A stretch of DNA of 64,000 nucleotides from Octopus vulgaris. Lineage: Eukaryota. Shown piece by piece: positions 14,041 through 27,446 of this stretch. Where the stretch lies: contig OX597838.1 in NCBI GenBank assembly GCA_951406725.2, forward strand, positions 33,728,001 to 33,792,000. Direction: 5' to 3'. A program made the translations under genes and the position numbers. Under the pieces are notes generated by a model. It did no database searches. It worked only from the letters and a program-made list of their open reading frames with translations, and was not told the origin of the DNA. Each line of letters begins with the position of its first letter. Within the stretch, counting starts at the first letter, position 1.

Positions 14041-14913
14041 ATGAATATTATACGTCTAAGTGAAATTTGCAAAGACGAAGTATCCATTATTTCTTTTTTT
14101 CAAGAAAAAGGAATTATTCACCAAGAAAGGCGATGCAACAACGGCCATCGCATGAATTTCTCAGTTGGAAGTCAAAATCGATGGAGGTGTAGACTTCGTG
14201 GATGCAGACAAGAAAAAGGGTTAAGAACAGACAATTGGTTTGCTAACTCACGTTTATCTTTTCATAAAGCAGCCGTTTTCATATATTGTTGGGCACACGA
14301 CTTGGAAAGTGTCGATTTTTGTGAACCCGAGATGAATGCCAGTTGCATTGTTGACTGGAATAATTATCTGAGAGAAGTTTGCGCTGCACACATTTTGTCT
14401 GACCCCAAAGTGATTGGAGGACCCAACATGATTGTTGAAATTGATGAAAGTTTGTTCACTAAAAGAAAAAGTTGTGCCGGACGTCAACCACCCCGACAGT
14501 TGGTTTTTGGAGGTATTTGCGAAAAAACAAAAGAGTGTTTCATGTTTCCTGTCCCTGACAGGTCTGCAACAACCCTTCTTCCTATAATAGAAAATAATAT
14601 AAGACCAGGTACAACCATCATAAGTGCTGAATGGTCAACATATGAAAATATAATTAATACTGGTCATTTTCAACATCTCATTGTGAATAATTCTCTACAC
14701 TTTGTCGATCCGACTAATATAGCTCACACCCAAAATAGTGAAAGACCTTGGAAGAGTGCTAAGGAAAAAAATAAAAGAGAAAATGGAACTCACAGAGGTC
14801 TGCTGGACTCATATATGTGCGAGTTTATGTGGCGACAAGAGATTAAATTGAAAGAATTAGATCCTTTTGATTCAATACTTCAACATATTGCTGACTTTTG
14901 GCCTCCTCAGTAG
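14041..14913 (+). CDS. Merlin/ISXO2-like (DDE_Tnp_IS1595) transposase, 290 aa, second catalytic Asp replaced by Ala
   Basis: Motifs [36 protein letters not shown] (family consensus SDxW), FVDP, HTQNSE and [10 protein letters not shown], plus an N-terminal Cys/His zinc-ribbon-like region. First ATG at 14041. Confidence 0.88.
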   Translation: MNIIRLSEICKDEVSIISFFQEKGIIHQERRCNNGHRMNFSVGSQNRWRCRLRGCRQEKGLRTDNWFANSRLSFHKAAVFIYCWAHDLESVDFCEPEMNASCIVDWNNYLREVCAAHILSDPKVIGGPNMIVEIDESLFTKRKSCAGRQPPRQLVFGGICEKTKECFMFPVPDRSATTLLPIIENNIRPGTTIISAEWSTYENIINTGHFQHLIVNNSLHFVDPTNIAHTQNSERPWKSAKEKNKRENGTHRGLLDSYMCEFMWRQEIKLKELDPFDSILQHIADFWPPQ

Positions 14914-14933
14914 GCATTGAATACAGTGTTTAA

Positions 14934-15152
14934 CCCTTTAGCATTTAAACTGGCCATATCCGGCCAAAAGTATTCTGCCTGTTTTATGTTCAAACTGGCC
15001 ATATCTGGTCTCACACCAACCCTACAATGTCATTTTAAAAATTAACAGCTACCTCATCAAAATCTCAAAGCTACAAGATAATGCCTGATTAGTTCAAAGC
15101 AATGTGAATAAAGAAGTATTAATTTTGGCAGAATAATGTGAACACTAAAGGG
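14934..15152 (+). mobile_element. piggyBac-type MITE (family A) inserted downstream of the Merlin ORF
   Basis: TTAA|CCCTTTAG...CTAAAGGG|TTAA. Contains AATAAA at 15107-15112. Confidence 0.85.
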
Positions 15153-15404
15153 TTAATCTTCTTTTCAATCAATGGGGATGGGGTGGGGATAGCCCAATTT
15201 TTTTTAATGGGGGTGAGAGAACCAAAAAAGTACCAAAAAGGGTACAGAACTGATGGAGTCGGGTGCGGGGTCCGTAGCAAAAATCTAAAGAGTTGAAATT
15301 TTTAGTTTGTTTTCCAACCACACGGTTCCCGTTTAACGAAAGCCTCGTGAGTAGATTTGCTCAATGGAAACTGAAAGAAGCTCATTACACACACACACAC
15401 ACAT

Positions 15405-15737
15405 ATAATATATGATGAAATTATTGTATACAGTGCTCAGGTGCACCACAACTTGTCAGAGTATATGCAGTAATGTAAAAATGTCTGGAAAGCGAACAAT
15501 GTATGAGTCAGATACATGCTTGTGTGTGTATGGAGGGGAGAAAATCAGGTGTAGTGTTGGCGAATCTCAGAAAGCATGGAAGTTTTGAAGGATGCAGTGC
15601 TCCGACAACTAACAACTGATGCCGGCAGTTTGTTCCATGCTTCAGCAACTCTCAGCGTGAAGAAATGTTTCCTGAAGTCATGGGAGCTGTGCTGTTTTCT
15701 GACTTTGTAAATATGTCCACGGGTGTTAGATGGGTGG
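15405..15737 (-). mobile_element. CR1-type LINE 3' fragment (family 1)
   Basis: NTRGHIYKV...RKHFFTLRVAEAWNKLP matches the CR1 ORF2 C-terminus. Confidence 0.85.
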
Positions 15738-17903
15738 AGATATATATGTATGTATGTATATATCTGAGGGGTCTCCATGAGTGAGATGAAACCGCTAATA
15801 AAGGATTATCTAAAATTCTGATCACTTTTTCTTGATATAAAATCTCTAAATCACTTCAAACAATCTATACATATAGAAGTGTGTGTGTGTGAGTGGACAC
15901 ACATCTGTGTCAGCTTGCATTTTTTCTTCACCACCACTTGATAACAGCTGCTGGTTTGTTTACATCCTCATGTTTTGCTAAACAAGAATACTGAAAAGAT
16001 GAAGGGATGGAGAAGAATCTACCATTTTCCTTTCCCGTGAGATATTGAACTTCAAAGTATTGTTAATAAAATGTAAGTCAATATATCTGCTGTAAATGGA
16101 ACCAACTTGGGAATATTTTCACAGCCAACTCAACTGAATCCAGGTAAAAAGTCACAGGTGTTTTGTCTAAGGGGGTTTTGCCCTAGGGAGGTTTTGTCCA
16201 GATCCCATGAATTAATTGTGACTTTTTCTTGCCAAAATTGTGACTTTATTACTGGTCACCACTCGACCTGCTAGAAATAGATGGGAAAATAGGATCTTCA
16301 AATTACACTTTATTTTCATACATTACCTGAAAAAAAAAGATGAGACGATCATGGCTGGAATGCTTTTGATCTGCTCAATCAAACTATATGTTCTACTCAA
16401 CAAGACTGAGAGTGGTCAATACACGTACCCAGGTAAAAACGTCACCTGTAATGCCATCATATACAAATAGTATTGTCAATATAAACAAGTCATAAGGTGG
16501 AAAGCTGGCAAAAACGTTAGCATGCCGGTCGAAATGCTTAGCAGTGTTTTGTCTGCCTTTACGTTCTGAGTTCAAATTCCACCGAGGTCGACTTTGCCTT
16601 TTGTCCTTTCGGGGTCAGTAAATTAATTACTAGTTGCGTTCTGGGGTCGATGTAATCGACTGTCCCCCTCCCCCAAAATTCTGGGCCTTGTGTCTAGAGC
16701 AGAAAAGAATATGTACAAATCATGTATTGTTCGTTAATAACTGATTTAAAATATTTTCTATTTTATTACTTTAATTACTCTTTTACTCTTTTACTTGTTT
16801 CAGTCATTTGACTGCGGCCATGCTGGAGCACCGCCTTTAGTCGAGCAAATCAACCCCGGGACTTATTCTTTGTAAGCCCAGTACTTATTCTATCGGTCTC
16901 TTTTGCCGAACCGCTAAGTTACGGGGACGTAAACACACCAGCATTGGTTGTCAAGCAATGCTAGAGGGACAAACACAGACACACAAACATATACACACAC
17001 ACATACATATATACACATATATACGATAGGCTTCTTTCAGTTTCCGTCTACCAAATCCACTCAAGGCATTGGTCGGCCCGGGGCTATAGCAGAAGACACT
17101 TGCCCAAGATGCCACGCAGTGGAACTGAACCCGGAACCATATGGTTGGTTAGAAAGCTACTTACCACACTGGTACTTCAATAAATTGTGACTGATTTGAA
17201 TATTTTTGTTTGATTAATTGATTTTCTTTCCTAGACAAAATTGTGACATTTTTCTGTTACTTTATTACTGGTCACCATAAATTAATTGTGACTTTTTTTT
17301 TCCTGTGATTGTTTTCCTAGCCAAAATTGTGACATTTTTCATGTGACTTTATTACCAGCCATGAATACACACTAAAGGAAAATCAGAGGCATATAAAGGG
17401 GTGGGTGCAGTCATTCATGGTACATGTCCTGGGTATGACTTTGAGCTGCATCTGGTATTAGGGGCCTGGTGCAGGAGTTCCAGGGTTCTAAAAAATGTGG
17501 AACCATTTCTTAGTCACTGTTGTTCCTGGGTTTACTCTGATCTGAAGTAACAGCACCCATGAATTAAATAGCATGTAAATAAAGGTCAGCTGTGAATATG
17601 GGAAGAAACAGTCCCCAGGAAAATCAAGGGCCTGGCACCCTGTAACCACCAATGCAGGGTTATGTTGAAATTATGGCTTACAGCTTGATATATACTCTTA
17701 CTCTCTTTTACTCTTTTACTTGTTTCAGTCATTTGACTGTTGCCATGCTGGAGCACCGCCTTTAGTCGAGCAAATCGACCCCAAGACTTATTCTTTGTAA
17801 GACCAGTACTTATTCTATTGGTCTCTTTTGCCGAACCGCTAAGTGACGGGGATGTAAACACACCAGCATCGGTTGTCAAGCAATGCTAGGGGGACAAACA
17901 CAA

Positions 17904-17934
<31 letters not shown>

Positions 17935-18238
17935 CATATATACGACAGGCTTCTTTCAGTTTCCGTCTACCAAATCCACTCACAAGGCATTGGTCGGCCC
18001 GGGGCTATAGCAGAAGACACTTGCCCAAGATGCCACGCAGTGGGACTGAACCCGGAACCATGTGGTTGGTTAGCAAGCTACTTACCACACAGCCACTCCT
18101 GTGCCTATGTGTGGATTATTTCAGCAGATGAACTTACTAAGTCAGTGGTGAATATCACCAAGTGACCTAGAACCAACAACATGCTGCTGTCGGGCATGCA
18201 TGGAACAAGATGACAAGGTCACTGCTGCCACCATACCT

Positions 18239-19141
18239 GGGACTGCCTGTGACGTCAGCAGCGGGATGCGACTCCAGCACCAGACAATGGCTAAACCTCG
18301 ACAAGGCCTAATCCTACTTCACATGGTGTCTGCATTGACCTTCAAAACCTGGTCATGGCTCCGACAGTAGCTGCCCTCTCCCAGGGATTTTGGACATCCA
18401 TTCTCTCTCTCTGCCTTATCTTCCCCTCTTCTCTCATCTTCCTCCAACTCTCTTAGCCTTACTCTCTCTCCCTCTCCAACTCTCCCAGCCTTACTCTCCC
18501 TCTCTCTCCAACTCTCTCAGCCTTACTCTCTCTCTCTCTCTCCAACTCTCTCAGCCTTACTCTCTCTCCCTCTCCAACTCTCTCAGCCTTACTCTTTCTC
18601 TCCAACAGGGACTGCCTGTGATGTCAGCAGCAGGATGTGACCCCAGCACCAGACAATGGCTAAACCTCGGCAATGCCTAATCCTATTTCACATGGTGTCT
18701 GCAATGACCTTCAAAACCTGGTCATGGCTCCAGCAGTAGCTGCCCTCTCCCAGGGATTTTGGACATCCATTCTCTCTCTCTGCCTTATCTTCCCCTCTTC
18801 TCTCATCTTCCTCCAACTCTCTTACCTTACTCTCTCTCCCTCTCCAACTCTCCCAGCCTTACTCTCCCTCTCTCTCCAACTCTCTCAGCCTTACTCTCTC
18901 TCTCTCTCTCTCTCCAACTCTCTCAGCCTTACTCTCTCTCCCTCTCCAACTCTCTCAGCCTTACTCTTTCTCTCCAACAGGGACTGCCTGTGATGTCAGC
19001 AGCAGGATGTGACCCCAGCACCAGACAATGGCTAAACCTCGACAATGCCTAATCCTACTTCACATGGTGTCTGCAATGACCTTCAAAACCTGGTCATGGC
19101 TCCAACAGTAGCTGCCCTCTCCCAGGGATTTTGGACATCCA
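18239..19141 (+). repeat. Tandem triplication of a 162-bp unit separated by CT-rich spacers
   Basis: Cores at 18239-18400, 18608-18769 and 18980-19141. Confidence 0.92.
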
Positions 19142-19288
19142 CTGAAGACACGCTCCAGAGTTTGTCTTCTGGAGATGTTAAGTATTAGGAAGTGCATCAT
19201 GCTGTAGAGACTGTGCTGAAGCAGACACTGGAGCATCATGCAGTCCTCAGACACATTAGACCAAGCTAACATGGAACACAAACGTTAA

Positions 19289-19765
19289 ATGATGATGATG
19301 GTGGTGATGGATGATGATGATGATGACTGATGGGTGACAACAATGATGATGATGATGATGGTGGTGGTGATGGATGACGATGATGAGGATGATGATGATG
19401 GTGATGGATGACGATTCCGACGATGATGATGGATGATGATGACTGATGAGTGACAACAATGATGATGATGATGATGATGGTGGTGGTGATGGATGACAAT
19501 GATGATGATGATGACTGATGAGTGACAACAATGATGATGAAGATGATGGTGGTGATGGATGACTACGACGACGATGATGATGGCTGATGATGATGATGAT
19601 GATGACTGATGAGTGACAACAATGATGACGACGACTGATGAGTGACAACAATAATGATGATGATGACTGATGGGTGACAGCACCAATGATGATCATGATG
19701 ATGATGGTGATGATGATGAGGAGGAAGAGGATGACAATGACAACAATGATGGATGCTGATGAGGA
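19289..19765. repeat. (GAT)n-derived complex repeat
   Basis: Direct inspection, with recurrent GACTGATGAGTGACAACAAT units. Confidence 0.9.
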
Positions 19766-21379
19766 AGATATATGACAGGCATCTTTCAGTTTTGTCAACC
19801 AAAACCACTCAATAATTAGGCTTGTCTTATATTTTATTCAGAACCAATAATCAATATAAAAAAAAAGAAGAAGAAAAAAAATTGATCGGACCATTAATGT
19901 ACTTCTGTGACCATTAACGATCTGAATGTCTATGAATATACAACTTACTTAAACAATACTTTTATTTTGTGAATTTATTCAACATAAACTGCATTATCTA
20001 ACACCCTCCTAATTACTGGTACTCTGTTGGTTACAATAACGAGGGTCCCAGTTGAACGGATCAACAGAACAGCTTGCTCGTGATATTAACATGCAAGTGG
20101 TTGAGTGTGGTTGTTTGCCAGCCTCCTCTGGCCCCTGTGCCAGTGGCATGTAAAAAGCACCATCCGAATGTGGCTGATGCCAGCGCCGAGTGTGGCCGTT
20201 TGCCAGCCTCCTCTGGCCCCTGTGCCAGTGGCACGTAAAAAGCACCATCCGAACATGGATGATGCCAGCACCGAGTGTGGCCGTTTGGCAGCCTCCTCTG
20301 GCCCCTGTGCCAGTGGCACGTAAAAAGCACCATCCGAATGTGGATGATGCCAGCACCGAGTGTGGCCGTTTGGCAGCCTCCTCTGGCCTTTGTGCCAGTG
20401 GCACGTGAAAAGCACCCACTACACTCACTTAGTAGTTGGTGTTAGGAAGGGCATCCAGCTGTAGAAACACTGCCGGATCAAACTGGAGCCTCGTGCAGCC
20501 TCCTGGCTTCCCGGACCCCGGTCAAACCGTCCAACCCACGCTAGCATGGAAAAACGGACGTTAAACAATGATGATGATGATGATTTTCACAGTTATTTTA
20601 AGACCAAAACCAGCATCCTAACTTCACTCCTTGCCGAGACATAACGAATTCTGAAAGTTGTAAAACTTTGACTGTACTTGTCTCAGTTTTTAAGTTGTGG
20701 TACTTATGACGGTCTGTTACTAAACGCCTCATTTATATTTGAAAAGTTTTCTCCAAATATTTTCAATTGCAAAGTTTTTGATCAGATCCTCACAACGACA
20801 CCATGAATTATATTTCTGGTCATATAAACCATTTGGAATATAGTTTCAGCAAGATGAAAGTGATTTCATTTGTATTGTAAACCATTTACCATTTCTGTAG
20901 TACCCCCACTTCCCTCAATGCCCTAAGCATGTGCTTGATGGTTAATCCAGGGCTGCCTTCACTCCCAACCTTTGACAACCAGTGTTGATTTGTTACATCT
21001 CCTTAACTTAGCAGTTCAATAAAGGGAGCTAATAGAATAATACCGGTTTAAAAAAGGAAAAAAAAAAAGAATAAAAATGTACTGGAGTTGATCAAGGTGG
21101 TGTTCCAGCATGGCCACAGTCCAGTAACGGAAACAAGTAAATGATGGAAGATAATAGAGCAGAGACAGGACACTCCTTGGTAGTGTTCTTTATAATAGAT
21201 ATCGTCATCATCATCATCAACAACATCATCGTCATCATCATCGTCATCATCATCATAATTTCCATCATCATCATCATCATCAACACTATCACCCCCCCCC
21301 ACTAATCATCACCATCATCAACAATCAAAATCACCAAGCCACTATCTCATCACAACCCTTCTTAATATCCACTCCCTCC

Positions 21380-24040
21380 ATGGCAATCACTTCTGATTTC
21401 ATTATCCTTCCCCTACCACCACGTCTCCTTTTCCCCCCTCTCCCCATTTATCTCTCTCCTCTTCTCTTTCCTACTCCCTCTCCAGTTTTCTCCCATCTCT
21501 CTCTTTCTCTCTCTCTCTCTCATCCTCCATTTCCTACACCTGCCTCTTCTCTTTCTCTCTCTCTCTCTCCCACCTTCTCCTTTCCTCTTCTACTCCCTTC
21601 ATCCCTCACTCTCACCCTCTCTGCTTTTCATTCACCCCATCTCTCTCTATTTCAAGTAACCCTCCCCCTCCTTCTCTTCTCCCTGTCACCTCTCCATTGT
21701 TTATTACTTTTCTGCCCTACCACCACTATTACCATTATTCTTAACATCATCAGCATCATCATCATCAACAGCAGCAGCAGTACCACCACCACCGCCACTA
21801 CCACCACAACCAACACCACAGCCTCCACCACCACCACCACCACCATCACCCTCTTTATTTCCTCCTCCCTCCTTTCCATCATCCTTTCTTGTCACACCCT
21901 CTCTTTTATTACTTCTCTTGCTTCTCTCTCTCTGCCTTATCTTCCCCCCTCTTCTCTCATCGTCCTCTCTCTCTCTCTTTCTCCAACTCTCTTAGCCTTA
22001 CTCTTTCTCTCCAACTCTCTCAGCCTTACTCTCTCTCTCTCTCTCCAACTCTCTTAGCCTTTCTCTCTCTCTCCCTCTCCAACTCTCTCAGCCTTACTCT
22101 CTCTCTCTCCAACTCTCTCAGCCTTACTCTCTCTCCAACTCTCTCAGCCTTACTCTCTCTCTCTCCAACTCTCTCAGCCTTACTTTCTCTCTCGCTCTCT
22201 CTCCAACTCTCTCAGCCTTACTCTCCCCCTCTCTCTCTATCTCTCTTTTCACTTCCCACTCCCCCACCCACTTGATCTCTCACAAACTAATATTTTTTCT
22301 ATTTTAAACTCTAATCTTTATTATTTTATCGCATTCAAAATGTTTTGTTTGTCTTTCTTTTTTGTTTTTCTTTTAATTAAACAAAAGTTGTTACACAACC
22401 AATATTTCTCTTTAGCATCATCATCACCACCACCACCACCACCCCATTATCAACATCATCATTCTTGTCATCATCGTCACCATCATGATCATCATGATCA
22501 TCATCAGGACCACCACAGCGACAACCGCCACCACCACCACCACCATCATCGTCGTCGTCATCATCACCCTAATCATCATCAGCATCACCGCCACCACCCC
22601 ATTATCATCATCATCATCACCCTCATCATCATCAGCATCACTGCCACCACCCCATCATCATCATCATCATCATCACCCTAATCATCATCAGCATCACTGC
22701 CACCCCTCATTATCATCATCATCATCATCATCACCCTCATCATCATCAGCATCACCGCCACCACCCCATTATCATCATCATCATCATTGTTGTCATTATC
22801 ATCATTGGGACCACCACAGCGATGACCGCTACCACCACCACCATCACTATCACCACCATCATTGTCATCATCACCATCATAATCATCACCACCACCACCA
22901 CCACCACTATCACCTTCATCACCGTCATCATCACCCCCATCATTATCATCACCCCACCCCCACCCCCACCATCACTATCACCTTCATCATCGTCATCATC
23001 ACCATCATCGTTATCATCATCACCACCACCACAACCACCACCATCACTATCACCTTCATCATCGTCACCACCACCACCATCGCCATCACTATCACCTTCA
23101 TCATCATCACCATCACCACCACCACCACCAACACTATCACTACCACCATCATCATCATCATCATCATTATCATCACCACCACCACCACCTTCATCATCGT
23201 CATCATCACCATCATCGTTATCATCATCACCACCACCACCACCAACACTATCACCATCACTCTCATCCCCATCCTCACCACCACCACCACCACCACCACC
23301 ACCACCACCACCAACACTATCACCACTATCATCGTCATCATCATCACCATCACCATCACCATCCTCACCACCACTACCACCACCACCAGCACCAGCACCA
23401 TTCTGTTGTTTTTCTCAAGAGGGTTGAGAAATGTTTTTTAAGACTTGACATCAATTTATAATTATTTATTTATTTTTTTTTTTCCCCCCTTCAGATGAGT
23501 AAGTTTAGTTAATTACAGTGACGTCATTGAAGTTGACAGGGTGACAGTAGTTAGTGGTGGTGGGTGTTGTATGGCGGGAGTATAGTGGTGTGGTGGCAAT
23601 GGTCATGATGGCGGGTGAGTTGTGGTGGTTTTGGCGATAGTAGTCATAGATGTGATGGAAGTGGTGCTGATAGCTGTATAGTAAATGGCTGTTGTTGTTG
23701 CTGTTGATGGTAATGTTATAATGGTAGTAGTTGTAGTGGTGGTGGGGGTGGTAGTAGTCTTCATAATGCTGTTGTGGTTGTTGTTGTTAGTGCTGGTGGT
23801 GGTGGTGGTGATGGAGTTATAATGGTGTTGGTGTTGGTGGTGGTGGCGGTGATGGAGTTATAATGGTGTTGGTGTTGGTGGTGGCAGTGGCGGCGGCAGC
23901 GGTGGTGGTGGTGGTGGTGTTTGTGTTGCTGTTGTTGTGTTGCTGTTATTGTGGTTGTTGTTATTGTTGTTGTTGTTGGTGGCGGTTGTGGTGGTGTTGG
24001 TGGTGGGGGGGTGATGGTGATGGTGGTGGGGGTGATGGTG
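21380..24040. repeat. Low-complexity block: CT-rich minisatellite (CTCTCCAACTCTCTCAGCCTTACT), then (CAT/CAC)n and (GGT/GTT)n
   Basis: Direct inspection. Confidence 0.9.
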
Positions 24041-24393
24041 GAATAGCAGGTTCTGACCGACCATATGAAGCAAACTAGGGTCAAAATCTCTCCCACAGGA
24101 CAAACGATTTCATTTGCATTCAAATTTAGAACTGACAATGATCCCTCCCCCCCAAAAAAATGTTTAACTCTTTTCAAAATTCAAACATGCCTGAGACAGC
24201 TATTGCTTCTATGATAAACACATTCTATTTTAAAATAATTTACATTAAAACCTTTCATCAAATTAGAGATTTTAATTTATGCTCAAAACATCAGCTCAAA
24301 GATGACAATTTTACTAAATTTTCCCTTATTTTGCAAAATTATTTCAAACAAAGGCTGTGTATTTTAACAGAAATATGGCAACAAGAGAATTAA

Positions 24394-25835
24394 CCCTTTC
24401 GTTACCGTATTTATTTTGAGGTGCTCTGTGTTTCTTTTAAATATAAAAGAATTTAGTAAAATAACTTAGTTATCATTCAGCTAGTGTTAGCAACATAAAT
24501 TGTGACTAAAGTTTGGTGGAAGATTTTAATTCAAAACTTATGAAAACAAGACATTTGTACTCAGAGCCAGAGACAGTTTCAGCCGGGTTGGTATCGAAAG
24601 AGTTAAGAATTGTTTCTCTATTATATATTTTAACCCTTTTGTTACCATATTTCTGTTGAGATGTTCTATGTTTCTTTCAATTACTTTAAATATAACAAAG
24701 AATTTAGTAAAATAACTTAGTTATCATTAAGCTAGTGTTAGGAACATAAATTGTGACTAAGGTTTGGTGGAAGATTTTTATTCAAAACTTATGAAAACAA
24801 GACATTTGTACTCTGAGCCAGAGCCAGTTTCAGCCGGGTTGGTATCAAAAGTGTTAAGAATTGTTTCTCTATTTTAGGCGGCGAGCTGGCAGAAACATTA
24901 GCTCACCGGGCAAAATGCTTTGTGGTATTTCATCTGCCATTACGTTCTGAGTTCAAATTCCGCCAGGTTGACTTTGCCTTTCATCCTTTCAGGGGCGATA
25001 AATTAAGTACCAGTTATGCACTGGGGTCGATATAGTTGACTTAATCCCTTTGTCTGTCCCCTCTATGTTTAGCCCTTTGTGGGCAATAAATAAAGAAATA
25101 AGAATTGTTTCTCTATTATATATTTTAACCCTTTTGTTACCATATTTCTGTTGAGATGCTCTTTCAAATAATTTTAAATATAACAAAGAATTTAGTAAAA
25201 TAACTTAGTCATCCCTTAGCTAGTGTTAGGAACATGATTTGTGATTAAGGTTTCGTGGAAGATTTTAATTCAAAACTTATGAAAACAAGACATTTGTACT
25301 CAGAGCCAGAGCTGGTTTCAGCCGGGTTGGTATCGAAAGGGTTAAATTAATCATTTGTTAACCCTTTTGTTACCATATTTCTGTTGAGATGCTCTGTGCT
25401 TCTTTCAATTAATTTTAAATATAACAAAGAATTTAGTAAAATAACTTAATTATCATTAAGCTAATGCTAAGAACATAAATTGTGACTAAGGTTTGGTGGA
25501 AGATTTTAATTCAAAACTTATGAAAACAAGACATTTGTACTACAGAGCCAGAGGTGGTTTCAGCTGGGTTGGTATCGAAAGGGTTAAGAATTGTTTCTCT
25601 ATTATATATTTTAACCCTTTTGTTACCATATTTCTGTTGAGATGCTCTGTGTTTCTTTCAATTAATTTTAAATATAACAAAGAATTTAGTAAAATAACTT
25701 AATTATCATTAAGCTAATGCTAGGACCATAAATAGTGACTAAGGTTTGGTGAAGATTTTAATACAGAACTTTTGAAAACAATACATTTGTACTACAGAGC
25801 CAAAGGCAATTTCAGCTGGGTCGGTATCGAAAGGG
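24394..25835 (+). mobile_element. Array of five piggyBac-type MITEs (family B): 24394-24602, 24634-24853, 25129-25341, 25362-25583, 25615-25835
   Basis: Each copy is TTAA|CCCTTT(C/T)GTTACC...GGTATCGAAAGGG|TTAA, about 210-222 bp. An older inverted relative lies at about 24168-24389. Confidence 0.88.
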
Positions 25836-27088
25836 TTAAATCTCAAGACTGAAACAGTAATTTAATTCCAATATAAAGCAGTGTGCTGGCAGAATCGTTA
25901 CCATGCTGGGAAAAATGCTTAGCAACATTCCTTCTGACTTCATGTTCTGAGTTCAAATGCTACAGTGGTTGATTTGTCTTTCATTCTTTCGAAGTTGATA
26001 AAATAAGGACGAGTTGAACACTTGGGTCAAATGTAATTGATTTATCACCTTCCATGAAATTACTCTTTTACTCTTTTACTTGTTTCAGCCATTTGACTGC
26101 GGCAATGCTGGAGCACCGCCTTTAGTCGAGCAAATCGACCCCGGGACTTATTCTTTTGTAAGCCCAGTACTTATTCTATCGGTTTCTTTTGCCGAACCGC
26201 TAAGCGACGGGGACGTAAACACAACAGCATCGGTTGTCAAGCAATGCTAGGGGGACAAACACAAACACACAAACACACACATATAAACACATATATACAT
26301 ATATACGACAGGCTTCTTTCCATTTCCGTCTACCAAATCCACTCACGGCCCGAGGCTATAGCAGAAGACACTTGCCCAAGATGCCACGCAGTGGGACTGA
26401 ACCCGGAACCATGTGGTTGGTTAGCAAGCTACTTACCACACAGCCACTCCTGTGCCTCATGTCAAAATTTGAAATCAATAATTTAATTTCTACAGATTGA
26501 TGATAAATTCCAATATTTTAAATCCAGGTTTGTCCCCATTAACAGGGGTGGCAGGATCTCACAGCAACTGCTCTCACTCCATCTTGCCCAGTTTTGGGCA
26601 TCCTTGCTCCTCAAGCCAACCCTTCCAATCTCCTCCTTCACTTGTCCCCTCCACATTTTCTTTGGTCAGCCTTGCATTTGTGGTTCATTCACTTTAAACT
26701 CAAGCACTCTCAGAACATGCTCCTCATCCCTCCTCAATGCATGCCCATACCATTGCATTCCATTCGCCCTTGCCAGCTGCTCCACCGATTCCTCCAACCC
26801 CAGCATCCCCATCAAGTCCTCAGTCCTCCTTTTTATCCAATAGTTTCACACCTATTTTTTTACTACCCACAAGGGGCTAAACACAGAGGGGACAAACAAG
26901 GACAGACGAATGTATTAAGTTGACTACATCGACCCCAGTGCGTAACTGGTACTTATTTAATCGACCCCGAAAGGATGAAAGGCAAAAATCGGCCCTGGCG
27001 GAATTTGAACTCATAACGCAGTGGCAGACGAAATACCACTCAGCATTTCATCTGGCGTGCTAACATTTCTGCCAGCTCGCCGCCTTAA

Positions 27089-27283
27089 CCCTTTAGTGTT
27101 TAAACTGGCCATATCCGGCCCAAATATTCTGTATGTTTTATATTCAAACTGGCCATATTGACATTCTAAGAATAAACTATCATACCATTGAAACTTCAAA
27201 GCTGTAAGATAATGCATGATTAATTCAAAACAATTTGAGTGAAAAAGTATTACATTTAACAGAGTAATCTGAATACTATAGAG
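27089..27283 (+). mobile_element. piggyBac-type MITE (family A)
   Basis: TTAA|CCCTTTAG...|TTAA, homologous to 14934-15152. Confidence 0.75.
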
Positions 27284-27289
27284 TTAAAT

Positions 27290-27446
27290 AGTTTCACCCC
27301 ACACATTGCTCTTGCCACTACTCTCTTAGTCCTCAAAATTGCCGTTTCACTTTCCCTCAGACGCCATGTCTCTCTCCCATACAGCATTGCAGATCTTACA
27401 CAACTCTGATAAACACTTCCTTTCATCTTCAAGAACTTTTCCCCAT
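27290..27446 (-). mobile_element. RTE (BovB-like) reverse-transcriptase C-terminal fragment
   Basis: KGSVYQSCVRSAMLYGRETW...RAMCGVK. Confidence 0.7.

Larger units (their letters stand above)
13891..15234 (+). mobile_element. Merlin (IS1595-related) DNA transposon
   Basis: Imperfect TIRs GGTACTTTTTT...AAAAAAGTACC with subterminal CCCCATTAAAAAA motifs. Degenerate 8-bp TSD (gaaaatgg / aaaaaggg). Encloses an ISXO2-like transposase ORF. Confidence 0.85.

Noticed and set aside
21380-24177. His-, Pro/Ser- and Thr/Ile-rich ORFs
   Set aside because: Trinucleotide and CT low-complexity repeats.
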